A stretch of 64,000 nt of DNA from Phallusia mammillata (GCA_965637545.1 OZ281495.1:10292001-10356000), one strand, 5' to 3'; shown: positions 46,464-60,701, numbered from the stretch's first letter. A program made the numbers and translations. The notes: generated by a model from the letters alone, not told the origin.

Positions 46464-48200
46464 TTTTAAACCCTTCGTTGAATAAATCAAACTAAAAACA
46501 GTCCGTTCTGTAAACGACCACAAGTAGCAATGAATACCCTTTATTGGATATCTGTGCTTTGTTTCACGGCATCAACGTTTCCGAGGAGCAGAAGGATCGG
46601 AGGATGTGTGTGACTGAGTGAATCATCTGTCCATAGGTTGTTTAACATACACGCTTTGCAAACGGTACGAACGATATGTTACACGTAGTTGCAGCAACAA
46701 AATAATAGCAAACAAAAACATGCATTCCATCGACTTGTCGTACATTTATCATGATAAATAATCAAACAGGAACTTTGACGGGCTTCAAAATTTAAAGATG
46801 AATCCAAAAAATAAATTTAGGGTCATTCAGGTTGGAGTGAGGCTTTATAATGACAATGGTAATTAAATCAACTTATAAACTTAGTTGATAACGTTACATT
46901 TAGTTCCTAACCCTATCCCAGTGTTACTTTTAATTTAGAATAACTGTTCTCTTTACAACATCTATCAGAATGTTGCAAAGTTTTGTGATTTGAGTTCTTA
47001 TGTTAGAAGCTCTTCCGTGTATCAATTGGTAGAGTGTTTCCAGTTTATATGCCTGATAAATAGCAGGGCCGGAAATATCGGGATTGTTCATCTGGTGTAA
47101 CACAAGCAACCTAAACCATTGTGTTTCGGCTACCGCAGTCCTCCTAGCTGCAACTACAGCTGGTCGCTGTTTCAGCCTTCGTGTACGATTTCCGTTACGT
47201 GTAACATCGTACCTTTTATAGTAGATTTAGGCAATGGGCTTCTTGATTGATTTGATATTCACCACAGACAAACAAAAAATGTGTACAACGAAACATCCAA
47301 CAACACGCCATTAAAGCCAAACCTATCTCAAATACAACAAACGAAAATAACGGTGATGAGTTTATCCTTTGGACGAGATTTTACAGTCTTAATGTTTGTG
47401 TCAACTGTCATCACAAGCTTCTTTTGGTTGTTTGAACCAATTAATCCACCTTGATGTGACCTGTTTGCATTGTTTTACGCCAGCAGCATTTTCAAAAGAA
47501 GGAGGGTTGAAGGATGCGTTTGGCTTAGTCATCTGTCGGTTTGCCATGGATTTTTTTAAAACGCACAGCACGCTTTGAAAAACCGCACCGGCGACATGCT
47601 ACACGTATCTGCGGAAACCAATGAAATCCAAACAAAATATGCATGCGTTACCTTTTAAATTTACAAGATATTGGATTAACTTCTGGTCAAATCAAGGCTC
47701 ATTTACCTTCGCTTCTTAACTTAAAATGCCGCAAAGTTCAAATAAACAGCTAACAACAGTCAACGATAGTCATATAACAGTTGCTACGAGTTTCTTGAAA
47801 TACTACTATTCACCAAACTTAACTTTCGTACACGGTTTACACTGCCCTACCGGCAGCTAAAAATATAGACGCTTAACTAACCGGAACATGAAATTTTTAC
47901 TATCTTAGCAAGTGTAACAGATGGCTAGAAGCGACAAGTTTATCATGCAGAATCTCATGTATATTACCGTGTATAAGCAGCAGAAAGAATATAGGTTTCA
48001 CAGATGAACAAGCACACAAAGTTTGGAAGAACAAAACAAATGTCACACTTCAATAAAGAACATCGCCGAACAGGCAACAGATATACGAAAGGCAAAAAGT
48101 GTCATTTAAAAACATTTCTTACACAGTACACCTGGTTCTACTTTCGAATATTCCTTTACAGCATGAAAAGTAACTTAGTTCTGTTCTCTGAACTATTTCG

Positions 48201-51200
48201 CTAGTTTAAAGCGAAACGGTACACAACGCCACAGACCAAAACGACCAGCACAACTCCGAGGAAAGCATACATTTCCTGGTCGTGCGAATCTTGAATGGAT
48301 CGTAGCATTTCCTCAACATCAACGTATTGCACCCTTTTCCCATCATTTTCCTTCTGGAGCTCGGAGTTGGTGTGTTGAGAGGAGATGATGATTGGACCAG
48401 CAGAAAGGAGTTGTTTATTTCCAGCGGTTGGTATCTCGCGACGACGGCGGCGCTTTTTGTCACACTGAAATGGACGAAGGGCAATTAGTGTTACTGACTG
48501 AATGCGTTGGTCACTTAATTGCTTAGTCCATAAAAGTCGTTATTTTTCGTATTTAAGTGATTTTCAGCATAAACAATTGACATGTCGAAAGGAGGAGGTG
48601 TTTCTATAACACTTGCAGAAGACAGCTTTATAATTAGTAGTTTCAAAAACTAATGATTATATTTCGATGCACATCAGTATGACGTTATCGCTTACTTCAT
48701 CCGGACAAATTCCTGCGTCAGTATCACATATGGTGACATCACAGTGCACGTACAGGGTTTGTTCAGTGACGTTGGTCCACACGAAGGAACGAAATTTGAA
48801 CTTTCCATAGATTGGGTGGCTGTTTCTCATCACCACAATTGCATTGGCAGGATCGTATGGGTTTGATGCAGGACAGCTGTAAAAAAACACAACGTTGCTG
48901 ATTGTTTTTTTGTGAGCAAACACAATTTTGTTCCAATATTTTGGTTGTTTAAAATAACTACTTTCAAAAACGACAAAAACTTATTTCTGCCGATGCCGCT
49001 TTACGGAAAAGCAAAAACATGGCTTCAAACTTTAAAATACAACAAAAAATATTAATATTAATTCGTCATGTTGTTTTAATGCCTAGGTATGTAATCATAC
49101 AACATGATATTTTACTTTGGCTTAAGCAAATATAAATAAAGTTGTACCTGGCTGTGATGATGGGATATATTGGAGTAGAAGTTGGTTCCATTCCCTCTGT
49201 AGCCCAGCATGACGTCATCTATAACAGGCCTGTCAAACTCGCGGCCCGCGGGCCGCATGCGGCCGACGAAGCCCTCCAATGCGGCCCACGAACAGTCAAC
49301 AACAATTGTAGTATTTTGTCAGACTTTTATCTAATTACACTAAATTTGTCTTACTTTTCAAGTTGAAAGCTATTATTTAAACTGACGTTTACCGAAACTT
49401 AATTTATACATACAAATTCATATGTTATGAATAGAAACGATAGTAATTGAACCGTTTCTTAAAGTTTCAGTCAAGGGTGTACAACCCGCGGCCGTACGGC
49501 CACATTGAAATATATGTACTGGCAGGCGTGATGTAATTAAAACTTCTTTGCCAAAACTTTTGATTTTCAAACTGCCCTAAACAGATTTTTGTGTTACCGA
49601 AAAGAGTATTACCAGCCTAGTAGCCATATGCGACAGACTTTTTGTAGGCGTATTGTGTGCAAACAATGCGAAAAACAGGTACAAAAAGCGTCACAATATA
49701 GATTATGACGTAATAATAGAGTTAAAACTGCGGGTCTTCACATTGTGGAGCTTAATCTGTATAATAAGTTGGAAATTAATCTGGGCTTTTTGGGCGTCAA
49801 TAGATGGTATATATATGATATAAACCTTTTTCTTGTAATTTTTAAACAAAAACAGCAGATAATTGGCTGCCGTTGGTGAAATAAGGATCTACAATGCGGT
49901 CGTCGTAGCGAAAAGGTTGTTTAAGTGTATACAACTAGATTAAAAATCACATGCGGCCCACGGCATAATTCCCAAACTGCAATGTGGCCCGCGAACCCCA
50001 CGAGTTTGACACCCCTGATCTATAACAATTAAAACAAGATTATTTTTTGTACCTGTTTAACTAGGCTAAAAAACGGTTCCCTATAGGATGGTTCTGGGTT
50101 TAGTTACCAAACCTGATACCCCTTAACTTATGTTTCATCACTTTACACATGTATTAAACAGGATGCTAAAATGCCTTTTCGATTGCGAAGCGATTTCAAG
50201 CAGACATTTACGAAAACTGAAAACGGTTAATTGCAAACTTACATCCACTTGAAAGTTGTCGGCGGAATCAGGGAGATCAGAAAGTTCCACTTTGGCAAAA
50301 ACGTAGTCGGAAACCATAACTGTGTCACCGTCGCTCAGTGGCTCTTCAAGTGAATCGTCACCGTACAAATCCAATGACACCTGAAATTCCCCTTCTGCTG
50401 GATCAGTGTCAAATCCAATTTTCCTGCATAAACACAAGACCGACTGACTTATGACCGAAAGTGTGTTTAATAATATGCTTAGCAGCTACAACTGTAATAT
50501 AACCTAGAAGTGTATAGGTAAAATTGCATTTTAGATAATTTGATATTGTGTGATATTTACATTATCTCGGGATTGATTTCAGATGAGCTGACTGTAACAT
50601 TGGCATCAAACACACAGGTCACGTTGAGACAATAGATTTTGTAGCGTTGAACAGGAGCCGATAGATCAAGGTATTTTTGGTTCCATATAATGTACGTTAG
50701 TTTGATCAGACCCTCGGATTTCTGGCAAAATGTTAGTTACGGTGTGTTAAACAACTAAGCTTTATGTTGAGATCAGCCCTTTAAGAAGAAATCGGTCCTT
50801 GCAAAGTGGTTTGTATTACTTGTACAAAATTGAAGACACAGATTTTTTAAAATAAGTTACTTTCCATCTGAAAAAATGGCTCCTATTGTTAACTATTATT
50901 TAGACGGCTTTAAAGACGACTGGAGGCTCACAATTGTCGTAAAAATTTTGTTGTCAACATTTTAAATTTGTTTTTTTCTGATTTGCATCCACAGAAAGTA
51001 ACTTCTGTCATTGTTAAGGTTTACCCCAACAAGACTCACTGTAGCTACTGGGACGCATTGAGTAATGTTGAAAACAAAAAATGGGCGTTGTCTATTTGTC
51101 ACACAACTCGGATCAACATCTTCAGGCTTAACATCCTCGCTGGGCGCGATGTACAAGATGTCAAGTTCGGAGGCGTTCAACTTGTTTAGATTTTCTTCGT

Positions 51201-53420
51201 TCAAGCTATAAGACACAACATTAATTTAGTACCAGGTAGATTGATCATTTACGTATACCATTGTAAGTTACACTTGCGTTTGAGTTCAAAATGGACTACA
51301 AAAAAAGACACAGTCAAAAGCGTAAAAACGTCGTTTTGAAGAAATGCACACAAAAACTACTTACTTAATATTTGTTGTTTGTCCACACTTAATGGATGCA
51401 GGGGGAGGGGGAAGTGGTGGACAAACTGCAAACCAACAACGCATGTAATTAGTCTATAGCGCTGTGTCATGATTTTGCCATGGATCTACAATGACAAAAT
51501 CCGAACGAGCAAGGACGAATATAATAAATTAACTCAAAGAAAATGGATCGAATCTTTATGATAGAAAGTGGTATCTGTGCCGAAATAACAAACAACAGTC
51601 GGATCACACTTACACATTTCCACGTCAACATGAAAGTAAGCGTATTCGGCTTGTGCCTCACTAACAAACATAAGTCGCATTTTGTCGCCCCTAACAAACC
51701 AACTTGTGGACACGCTAACTTCGGTGTTAAAAGTTCCATACCTTTTTGGCGTCCCAAAATTTTCTAAAGCATCCTCAGCATAGTTTATCTAAAATCAACA
51801 TATAAAATGACTTTAATGTATCCAAAAACATGATCGTTTAATGAATACATGAAATTGTAAAACAACACATTATAAACTATCAATCGGTCTGGCGCAGTGG
51901 TTTTAACTTGTGGGTAATTACTGACCAAGGTATAATTTTGTTTTTGTAATTACATAACCATTTGTTATTTTTGCGACTTCACCCTTCGTGGCGCCTTAAT
52001 TGGTAATTTTAGTTTTTTTTTTTTTAAACAGGAGTAATAAACGGTAGTTTTTTGAAACGGGAGTAACGGGAGTAATAAATTTAGCACTATTATATTGTAA
52101 CGCAATACCAACACGTTCTTTTTTCCTTACGAAAAGAACTTGTGTCGCTGCTAAGGTCAAGTTCAGCGTGAACTGTATAGCACATCCTAGACGAGCCTCA
52201 AACGTCCAAACGCAAAATTCACCGGCAGTCAGCGGTGGACCCCTTTCAATTCTAGTAAAATCTTCAGTGTACGTTTCCTCACAAATTTGATTCACTGCAA
52301 AGAAGTTGCTAAAATATTGATGCTGTATGGTAGGTTCGACTTGTTTATGGTTTATAAATCAGTGGCAGGCCTGTTGTACGAATACGATATTCGACGGGCA
52401 CACTGCCCAGGCTGTGTATGGATCATTTGGTAGAGCGCGAGTCCCTGGTTTATGTTACGAAATTGCTAAATCCTTTCGCACAGCTTTAATTGTATTAAAG
52501 TTTATTTTTATTTAAAAATACACTGGTGAATATGGTTACAATAAAAATAGCGGCTCTCATACTTACGACTTAGGATCGTAAAACGTACAAATCCTTTCCA
52601 AATACAAAAGTGTCTAAGCTGAAGGCCATGTAAGACACTCATACTTTAAGCATGTTTTTTAACTCTTAATAAGAGTTGTTTTCAAATCGTAATAAAAATC
52701 AGAACATACCTAATTGATATCTGAAATAAACTGGGTCAGGTCCAGTATTGGTACAGAGGAGGAATATACTCCCACTTAAAGAAAGTACACCACCGGTCGC
52801 CGAACCATCGCCAGTAAAAGTACCAAGCGGTATTCCATTGCCATCTGTTATGTCAAAAGCCTGCACGGCCAAAAACAAAACAATTTCACGACTCAAAACA
52901 ACCAACTGTGTTTTTAAAAGACCAACAAAATTAGGGTAGAAGAGAGCATTGGCATACTGAAAAAATCCAATACATAAAATAATCATTGTTACGTAAGGAA
53001 GATCAAACTAAATTGCTTGAGAACCACCGGAGCAGCCAACAAAAAAGCCACATCACACATTTGTACATGACTTTGTTGTTGTTTTTTGCATTGAGCAACA
53101 AAATAAGTCAAACTTGACTTTAAGTGCAGCATATTTGTTTACCTGGCATTGGCCTTCTTCAAAAATGGTACCTAGAGCAAGGTACATCGACGAGCGCATC
53201 GAACTTATTACTGATACCGAAGCAAAATCACAATCGCTGTCAATCGCAAGTAGTCCGCTATCGCTGTTTTCGGGAAGAGCATTTCCACAAAGTCCATCAA
53301 CTAAAGTTGGCGCAAAATGAATAGTCGGCGTGTTAAGAACAAAGTAAAGTTGTGTTTACCTTGACCTGTTTTCAGGACAACTAGCACAACAAGTAACCGC
53401 CCCAGTGCTTCAAAATACAT
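48201..53420 (-). CDS. CUB-CUB-ZP transmembrane protein, unit U5, full length, 597 aa
   Basis: Exons A 53360-53420, B 53143-53300, C 52710-52860, D 52131-52294, E 51614-51788, F 51365-51425, G 51040-51205, H 50561-50721, I 50243-50423, J 49148-49218, K 48696-48876, L 48201-48464; 1794 nt in frame. The exon-J acceptor is affected by a MITE. Confidence 0.85.
49225..50017. mobile_element. hAT MITE inserted at the exon-J splice acceptor of U5
   Basis: TIR CAGG(CC/GG)TGTCAAACTC; TSD ATCTATAA (49217-49224 and 50018-50025); near-identical sister copy at 54081-54845. Confidence 0.95.
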
Positions 53421-54080
53421 TGTTAAACCACTTGCTGGCTGGAGAAAATTGAGAACTGACTGTTCTGTAAAGGTCTCACCGTACGAATGAACAACTTTAT
53501 TGCGGTCGGGATGCTTTGTTTCACATTGTGACACTATCCATGAACGGGAGGGTCGGAGGATGCTCTTCTATTATTCATCTGTCGGTTTGCCATAGGTTGT
53601 TGCAACAGCACCATTCGAATTACAGTACTAACAATACACATAGTTGCAACAACATATCAATGGTACACCAAATATGCATGCATCGACTTGTCGTACATTT
53701 ATTATCGTACCTTTTAAACAGGTACTTCGGCGGAAATTTATGAAACTTTAAACCACAAAAGTACTTCAAGTAAGAGATGCACCGAAAATTTAGGTTCAGC
53801 AAAAAAAGTTCTTAAAAATAAATTTAGCCGAGTCAATCGAATCAATTATAACAACAAAAGTATAAGTTTTTCTACCAGTCAAAAGTGGTGTTACACTATA
53901 TAGTAGTTGTTTATCAGTATTATTTTAGTTCTGTGGGATTGAGCATCTTTGCCTGCCTGCCAATTATCTACTAACATTTTATCTGTATGGCGAAAAGTTA
54001 ATGTTTCAAAAATCAAAATAGTTGACGCGATTTTAGATATTTCGTAGTTAGAAAGATTGTGTTGTTTGTGTAGTCTAATA

Positions 54081-54845
54081 CAGGCCTGTCAAACTCGCGG
54101 CCCGCGGGCCGCATGCGGCCCACGAACAGTCAACAACAATTGCAGTATTTTGTCAGACTTTTATCTAATTACACTAAATTTGTCTTACTTTTCAAGTTGA
54201 AAGCTATTATTTAAACTGACGTTTACCGAAACTTAATTTATACATACAAATTCATATGTTATGAATAGAAACGATAGTAATTGAACCGTTCCTTAAAGTT
54301 GCAGTCAAGGGTGTACAACCCGCGGCCGTACGGCCACATTGAAATATATGTACTGGCAGGCGTGATGTAATTAAAACTTCTTTGCCAAAACTTTTGATTT
54401 TCAAACTGCCCTAAACAGATTTTTGTGTTACCGAAAAGAGTATTACCAGCCTAGTAGCCATATGCGACAGACTTTTTGTAGGCGTATTGTGTGCAAACAA
54501 TGCGAAAAACAGGTACAAAAAGCGTCACAATATAGATTATGACGTAATAATAGAGTTAAAACTGCGGGTCTTCACATTGTGGAGCTTAATTTGTACAATA
54601 AGTTGGAAATTAATCTGGGCTTTTTGGGCCTCAATAGATGGTATATATATGATATAAACCTTTTTCTTGAATTTTTAAACAAAAACAGCAGATAATTGGC
54701 TGCCGTTGGTGAAATAAGGATCTACAATGCGGTCGTCGTAGCGAAAAGGTTGTTTAAGTGTATACAACTAAAAGTCAGATGCGGCCCACGGCATAATTCC
54801 CAAACTGCAATGTGGCCCGCGAACCCCACGAGTTTGACACCCCTG
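54081..54845. mobile_element. hAT MITE, sister of the 49225-50017 copy
   Basis: Same TIRs and internal sequence; perfect TSD GTCTAATA. Confidence 0.95.
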
Positions 54846-55217
54846 GTCTAATACATACAGGGGTTTTGAACTATTTTGAGTTCATACTAATTATCACGGG
54901 CGGAATTATATCAAGCCTAATCATCTATTGTTACACGAGCAACCCAAGCTGTGAATATCCTGTTTACCGCCATGGTTCAAGCTACTGATAAAGCCTTTTG
55001 AGATAACAAACCGATTCAACAACATGGGCGGAAATATTGAAATTATTCATCTATTGTTAAACACAAGCAACCTAAACCATCCTGTTTACTGTAACGCTTC
55101 TGCCTGTACCTCCACATGTTTGCCCTTTTAGTCTTTGTGCACAAATTACGTTTTGGTTAACATGGTAACTTTTATTAAAACAAATAAGGAACAGCAAAAC
55201 TCGATTTAGGTTAAATC

Positions 55218-55397
55218 CAGTAGTGGGATTTAGCCGGTTCGCACCGGTTCTCTAGAACCGTCTCACGAAATTTAGTGAGATCAGCCAACCGGTTGCCATT
55301 ACTGGTTACTGTCAATCGAGTTTTTGTGACAGAACCGGCTAAAAAATATGACTTTTATGATAGCGCTGGATGACAAAAAAATTAAATCCCACCACTG
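55218..55397. mobile_element. 180-bp hAT-type MITE
   Basis: TIR CAGT(A/G)GTGGGATTT; perfect TSD GTTAAATC (55210-55217 and 55398-55405). Confidence 0.9.
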
Positions 55398-56175
55398 GTT
55401 AAATCAATGGCAATATCACACTGAGAATGGTAGCAATGGAATTGTGTATATCATGATCTTGTTCCTCTGCTGTATTATGCAGTAGTTCATAGCTATGTAG
55501 CTACATATTTCAGCAAACACGTTTATCTATGTGTTTTTACTTCCATACTGCATCAATTTGCTTTGACTTAAATTTAACTGTGCCCTAGCTATCATATGTT
55601 TATGAATATAAAACTAAAAACATTTGGCAAACTATGGGTAGATTTGTGTTGGGGCATGGGTTCTTTTGCTTTAAAAGTTCTAGGTCAGTAATTCTCAACG
55701 GGGACGTTTTTCTCAAAGGCGCTGGAGAATAATTTTGGCGATTAGAGAGCGCTGGGGAAAAAAGGGCAGATAACACGAAACAAAATGACGAAATCATTTT
55801 TGTTATATCTCTCCAACGACCAGTAAAAGTAAATTTGACTAAGTATTGACTGTATGTGTTTTGCTATGTGGTTTCGATGATAATGTCACAATGCATGTTG
55901 TGTGTCATTTGTCGGTCAAAATTTGCAGGTAGTAATTGAGTTGTGCTTGGCCCAACCGAGCCAGAACGCGAGCAACATGTGATACTCGTTCGGTCGCATT
56001 AACGAGCCTTTAGACTAATGATTCTTAACCTTTTTCTTGCTGCACCCCTTTCAAATCACCAACCAATTTTCGCACCTCCTGGGTTTTTGTATTTATATAG
56101 AATAGACCTAACCAACCTTAATGATTCAGCATTGTCGTACAGAAAAAAGGTTGGGAAACACTGTTCTAGGTAGTA

Positions 56176-59100
56176 CACTGTAAATGGTAGTCGTGGAAAC
56201 TAACACCAAAATTGGTGGTCCACAAACTCCAACCTAGGGTGGAGTTGCTTCCCACCTTTAGATAACGAAGGTGGTAAGTTCCACCTGTGAACTCCACCAT
56301 AGTAGGTGTGAATTTGCCCCCATTGGTGGCAACCACCACTCAGCTGTCTGCACCACTATAGGGTGTCGGTATCTCCACCTGCAAAGGTGTTCCAGTACAA
56401 CAGGGTTTCACAAAATTTATTTGCAAAACAGGTTTCACAAAATTTACTTTGCACTTCGCTTACAGCTTGTTTGAAACACGCTGTACACCAATGTGACGAT
56501 TTTTCAGTGGTAAATTTAGAATACAGCAGAAAAGTTGTAGAGACTTGACCAATTGTTTCGGAAAGCAAATGTCGAACACCCAATAGCTGCAGATCATTGC
56601 AACTACGGCTTGTGGCAAATTAGGTGCAACACATAACTTCTTTCCACCAACAAACACCAAGTATTCTTTCATCCTCCTGCATATTATAAAACAAGTTATA
56701 ACCCACAGCATTTGTGCAAAATAGCATCATTTCAAAGTCAATTACAATTTAAAATAAAAATATTACTGGTACATCACCCATTGCTTAAACCGTACACATA
56801 TTTTAAAACATGAAATTTAAATTAATATATACCTGTGAAATGTACTTGGTGATTATGATTAGGTTTAATAAGATTCTCCAGTCTCTGCAGCATTTTTGGT
56901 CACCAAATTTTTCCATGAATGTTTGCAATACATCTACTTTAAGAATCAATTCTGTTGCCAAAAATATCTGAAACAGACAAATCACTGGACATTCCAATTT
57001 CAATAAAATGGTTATTACATTAAAATGGGTACATTAAATATAATGTGAAAAGATCCACCTACCAAATTGATTTCATGAAGTGTTGGAAACTGCATGGTCT
57101 AAAATGTCATTACTTGCTGCACCTCTTGCAATGATATTTCTCCAAAACTCGAATGTACACTTATGGCAGTCTTCTATTAAATCATGACTTGGATGTGGTT
57201 TGGCCAGCTCCAATTGTGCTATTTTAGAATGCAGTGCAACGGATTCCTCATCTTCAAAACTCTGTATGCAAACACACAATTTGGAACATAACCTCACTTT
57301 TGGTGATTAACTGAAAATAAACCTATCTAACTTGCTAAACCTAGAAAACTTTTAATAAATATATGTACATACTTACATCTTTAAACAACCTCCTTGAAGA
57401 ATCCTGCCTTTCTCGACCGCCATACTTTATTTTCATAGCAGCAATTTGCACATCTGAATGAAGGGGTCTTCTTATGTCTTTAAATCTTTGTCGCAAACTA
57501 CAAACCCATGTGCTCTACAAAACAAACCAAAATCAGTACTGTGCTGGGCAGAAATCTCGCACCTACTTACTATTGGACTGCTACTGTTTTGATCTTGCAA
57601 TACTGGATATGCCTTTACTAATTCCATTAATACTGTTCTCATTTGTAAGGGTGATGGGTACCTGTAATTAATTTTTACAGTATTAGTAATATTTAATGTG
57701 TACGTTACAAGCTATTTTCAAACAAACTATATCACACTTACATATTATGTGGTAAAATTGAATCACAGACGAGTTGAACAATTTTGCTCCTAATTTTGTT
57801 GGTTAGTTTGCTTGGATAGTTGCAATCTTCCAAAGCATCACCAATGAGTTTTGGAAGCTTGTATCTAACCAACCATCCATCAGTTTCTACTGAGGGGGAT
57901 GTAGTTGAAAGTGAAGATGAGGATGAAAGATGTGTTGCAGTCTCATTATCATTTTGTATCTCCGGTAAACAATCTGAAAATTATTTAATCGCATATTTCT
58001 AAGCCAAAATTGTACAAATACAAACAACATTAAGACATATTGTCACAATCAACATGAGTGTAAAACATTAACTGGTGTATTGTATTACATGCAAATACCT
58101 TTGACAAGAAGTTTGCCACTTTCTGGCAAATCTGTTAGATTATCTACATCCACCCAGTCATTAAACGTTTGTGAGTAAAGCTGAATTGAGAACGGATGGG
58201 TGATATTGAATGTAGTCTCAATTTGATTGGTCACATCCAGTTTTGATATACAGGTTAATATCACTTTTCTCTCACCACAGGTCACATGATATTCCATATT
58301 TACTTTTTAATCTGCGAACAAAAATAACCTTAATGACGGTAACAAGGATGATACAGGAGATAAAAAGCAACCTAAATTATTATCTAAACATTTCAGAGAA
58401 TGCTCTTGCACATTACATAAGCACTCACTGAAACGTTTGGAAATTCAACATGTCATATTTTACGAAACCACTATAACACCACCATTTAAACCGAAATGTA
58501 AAATATATTTGACACCCTTTGGTTTGGTGAAGAATACTTTCTGGAGCAAAAGTTTATTGTGCAACACAATGGCGGCACAGTCACATGATGATGTTCATTT
58601 CTTAAATATTAAAGGAGTTTTTTTTAGAAATGCATTGGCAAACACACGTTTCAGTTTCATGAGGACATAAAATTCCAGCTTACATTGTTTTTTCATTTTG
58701 ATCTGAGATTTGTCTTCAAATGTACATACTTTATCAGTTGCAAGAAAAACAACATACACAACTCACTTTTAATGAACCTACAAGTTGAATCTATATTGCT
58801 GATACATATAATTTTAAAAGGTATTTTTATACTTAACACAACCAATCCACAAGACCAACAATTACCAAATGCATATAAAATAAACCAAAAACTAATGGAC
58901 AAGCAGTATTGTCTGCACCAGTGTTTCTTAACTAATTAGCTTGTGGGCCATATAGTAGTTTGTAAAGTGCTGATGTACCAATTATCAAGACCTGCTAGCC
59001 ATACTGATGAGAAAGTGGGCCATTTTTTTCTAAAAAAACGTTGACTTGGTCACGCAATAAAATAGGTTAGAGATACACAGGTCTACTACGCAACTCCATA

Positions 59101-60182
59101 CATTTTAAAAACTTTAATATGCATCCAGTTATTGGTCAGTTTGCAAGGTAAACAAAAAGTATAACCAACAAACCTTAAAACTGTTTCCGATCCGTATCCA
59201 AACTCCAAATCCTCCAAATCGGCACAAAACGTGGCGTCTGCGCAAGCTGAACTCTGGGTGTGGCTTACCGCAAACGTCATAATAAAAGAAACATGCCCCT
59301 GCAACTCAGCTTGGGCGATCCCAGAATTCTGTCTGATGTAACAATTGGGATTGTTATGCGACAATCTATATCTTGCTGTGTTGCTAAAGCTTCACTAACA
59401 ATGAAAACTCTTTCACCGGTGATTTGTTCATTTTAATTATACTCGTATTTCTACCAACTCCCCTAATATTATGATGTATACTGTATAGCGTGCATACGTC
59501 GCGTTTATGAGATCCAGCGTGATAAATGTGCATGTTTTTTTTTCAAAAAATGCCACTGGCTCGTTTGGTTACAGTTCTAAGTCGCGACTGCCATACATTG
59601 CTGCTACGGATTTCGCTCTTAGAACGTAAAAGTAACATGTAGGATACTAACATCTGCCTTAAACTTCTGAAAAACTTTTCAATTTACGTTACATAGACTG
59701 CAGTTATAGGAAGGTTTGTTGTAAAAAGATGCGTTGTTTAAATACAAATATACTACCTGGTTTATTTAATTGTCAGTATAGTAATCATTTATACTAGAGT
59801 AAATACAATTCCAAACCTCCAATGTCGTTTTTCCACGGCTTGAACATATTTCCAAACCTTGACCGCAAAGAAAACGGAAGAGAAATCCTAGCACCAAATG
59901 GTCTAAATCGCGTATTGACCGCCTAATTGCAAGTTATTGCAGTACCCAAATTGTTTCAAATGATTAGCAATGTGTTACCGCGTCTTTTAAAATACCTTTG
60001 CGCATATACCCACCCTTGTGAGAACTGAGGGTTGGTATTTACACCAATACTATAGGACGGGTGGAAATTTGGTCTCAAAATGGTGTGAAATTACACCTTT
60101 TAAGCTGTACCACCCCAATAGGTGGATCATACCACCTTTTATTTTCCCCACCCTTTGTTTTCCACCATTTCAATTTACAGTG
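56176..60182 (-). mobile_element. CACTA/EnSpm-like (CMC) non-autonomous element, 4.0 kb
   Basis: TIR CACTGTAAAT / ATTTACAGTG, flanked by TA on both sides; CCACC-rich subterminal repeats; carries a spliced accessory-type gene; no recognisable transposase core. Confidence 0.72.
56460..58297 (-). pseudogene. Multi-exon accessory gene of the CACTA-like element, frameshifted
   Basis: Exons with GT-AG signals encode MEYHV..FSIQLYSQTFNDWVDV..LPESGKLLVK, YKLPKL..IRSKIVQL, YPSP..LVKAYPVLQD, W..LRQRFKDIRRPL and AMICSYWVFDICFPK. These resemble second ORFs of animal EnSpm elements (recalled, not searched). Frameshift near 57085. Confidence 0.55.
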
Positions 60183-60701
60183 TAGGCTAAACAACTTTGT
60201 GAAATGCGAGTCCGAGTTACCAGCAAACCGAAATTTGAGCGGGATTTAATCTCGAAAGTTGGATTACTTAAAATTACTGTGCAGTTGTAAATCCAGCCCC
60301 GAATTACGCCAAGTTTAGAAAAACTAGAACGTGATTCCGAATTCCGAACCGATATAATTCAGGTGCATCAAATCAAAACATTACTATCGGCAGTGAGGAG
60401 TGTTAACCGGTATAATGCATTGCGCAAAACACGCCGCGGATTCACAAGCGTTTAGAGCTGACATGCCATACAATGGTTGTCTAGTGAAGCAGGAAATATC
60501 AGACTTAATCATCTATTGCAAATCTAACCAATCAAGCGCTATCGAGTTTCCTGTTTTTAACGGAACAAGCCGAGCTGCAAACTCAGCGCTTGTGTTCACC
60601 TTATAGGTAGCTGATATCATTCCTTTTTGCGATAAGCTACATCAAAACGCACATGATCCAAGCAAGTAATTTAAACAAAGGCTGATAGCTACGTTTTAAA
60701 A

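Noticed and set aside
56010-56165. Small hAT-like remnant ending GGTTGGGAAACACTG
   Set aside because: The left terminus is eroded and there is no TSD, so the boundaries are not supportable.
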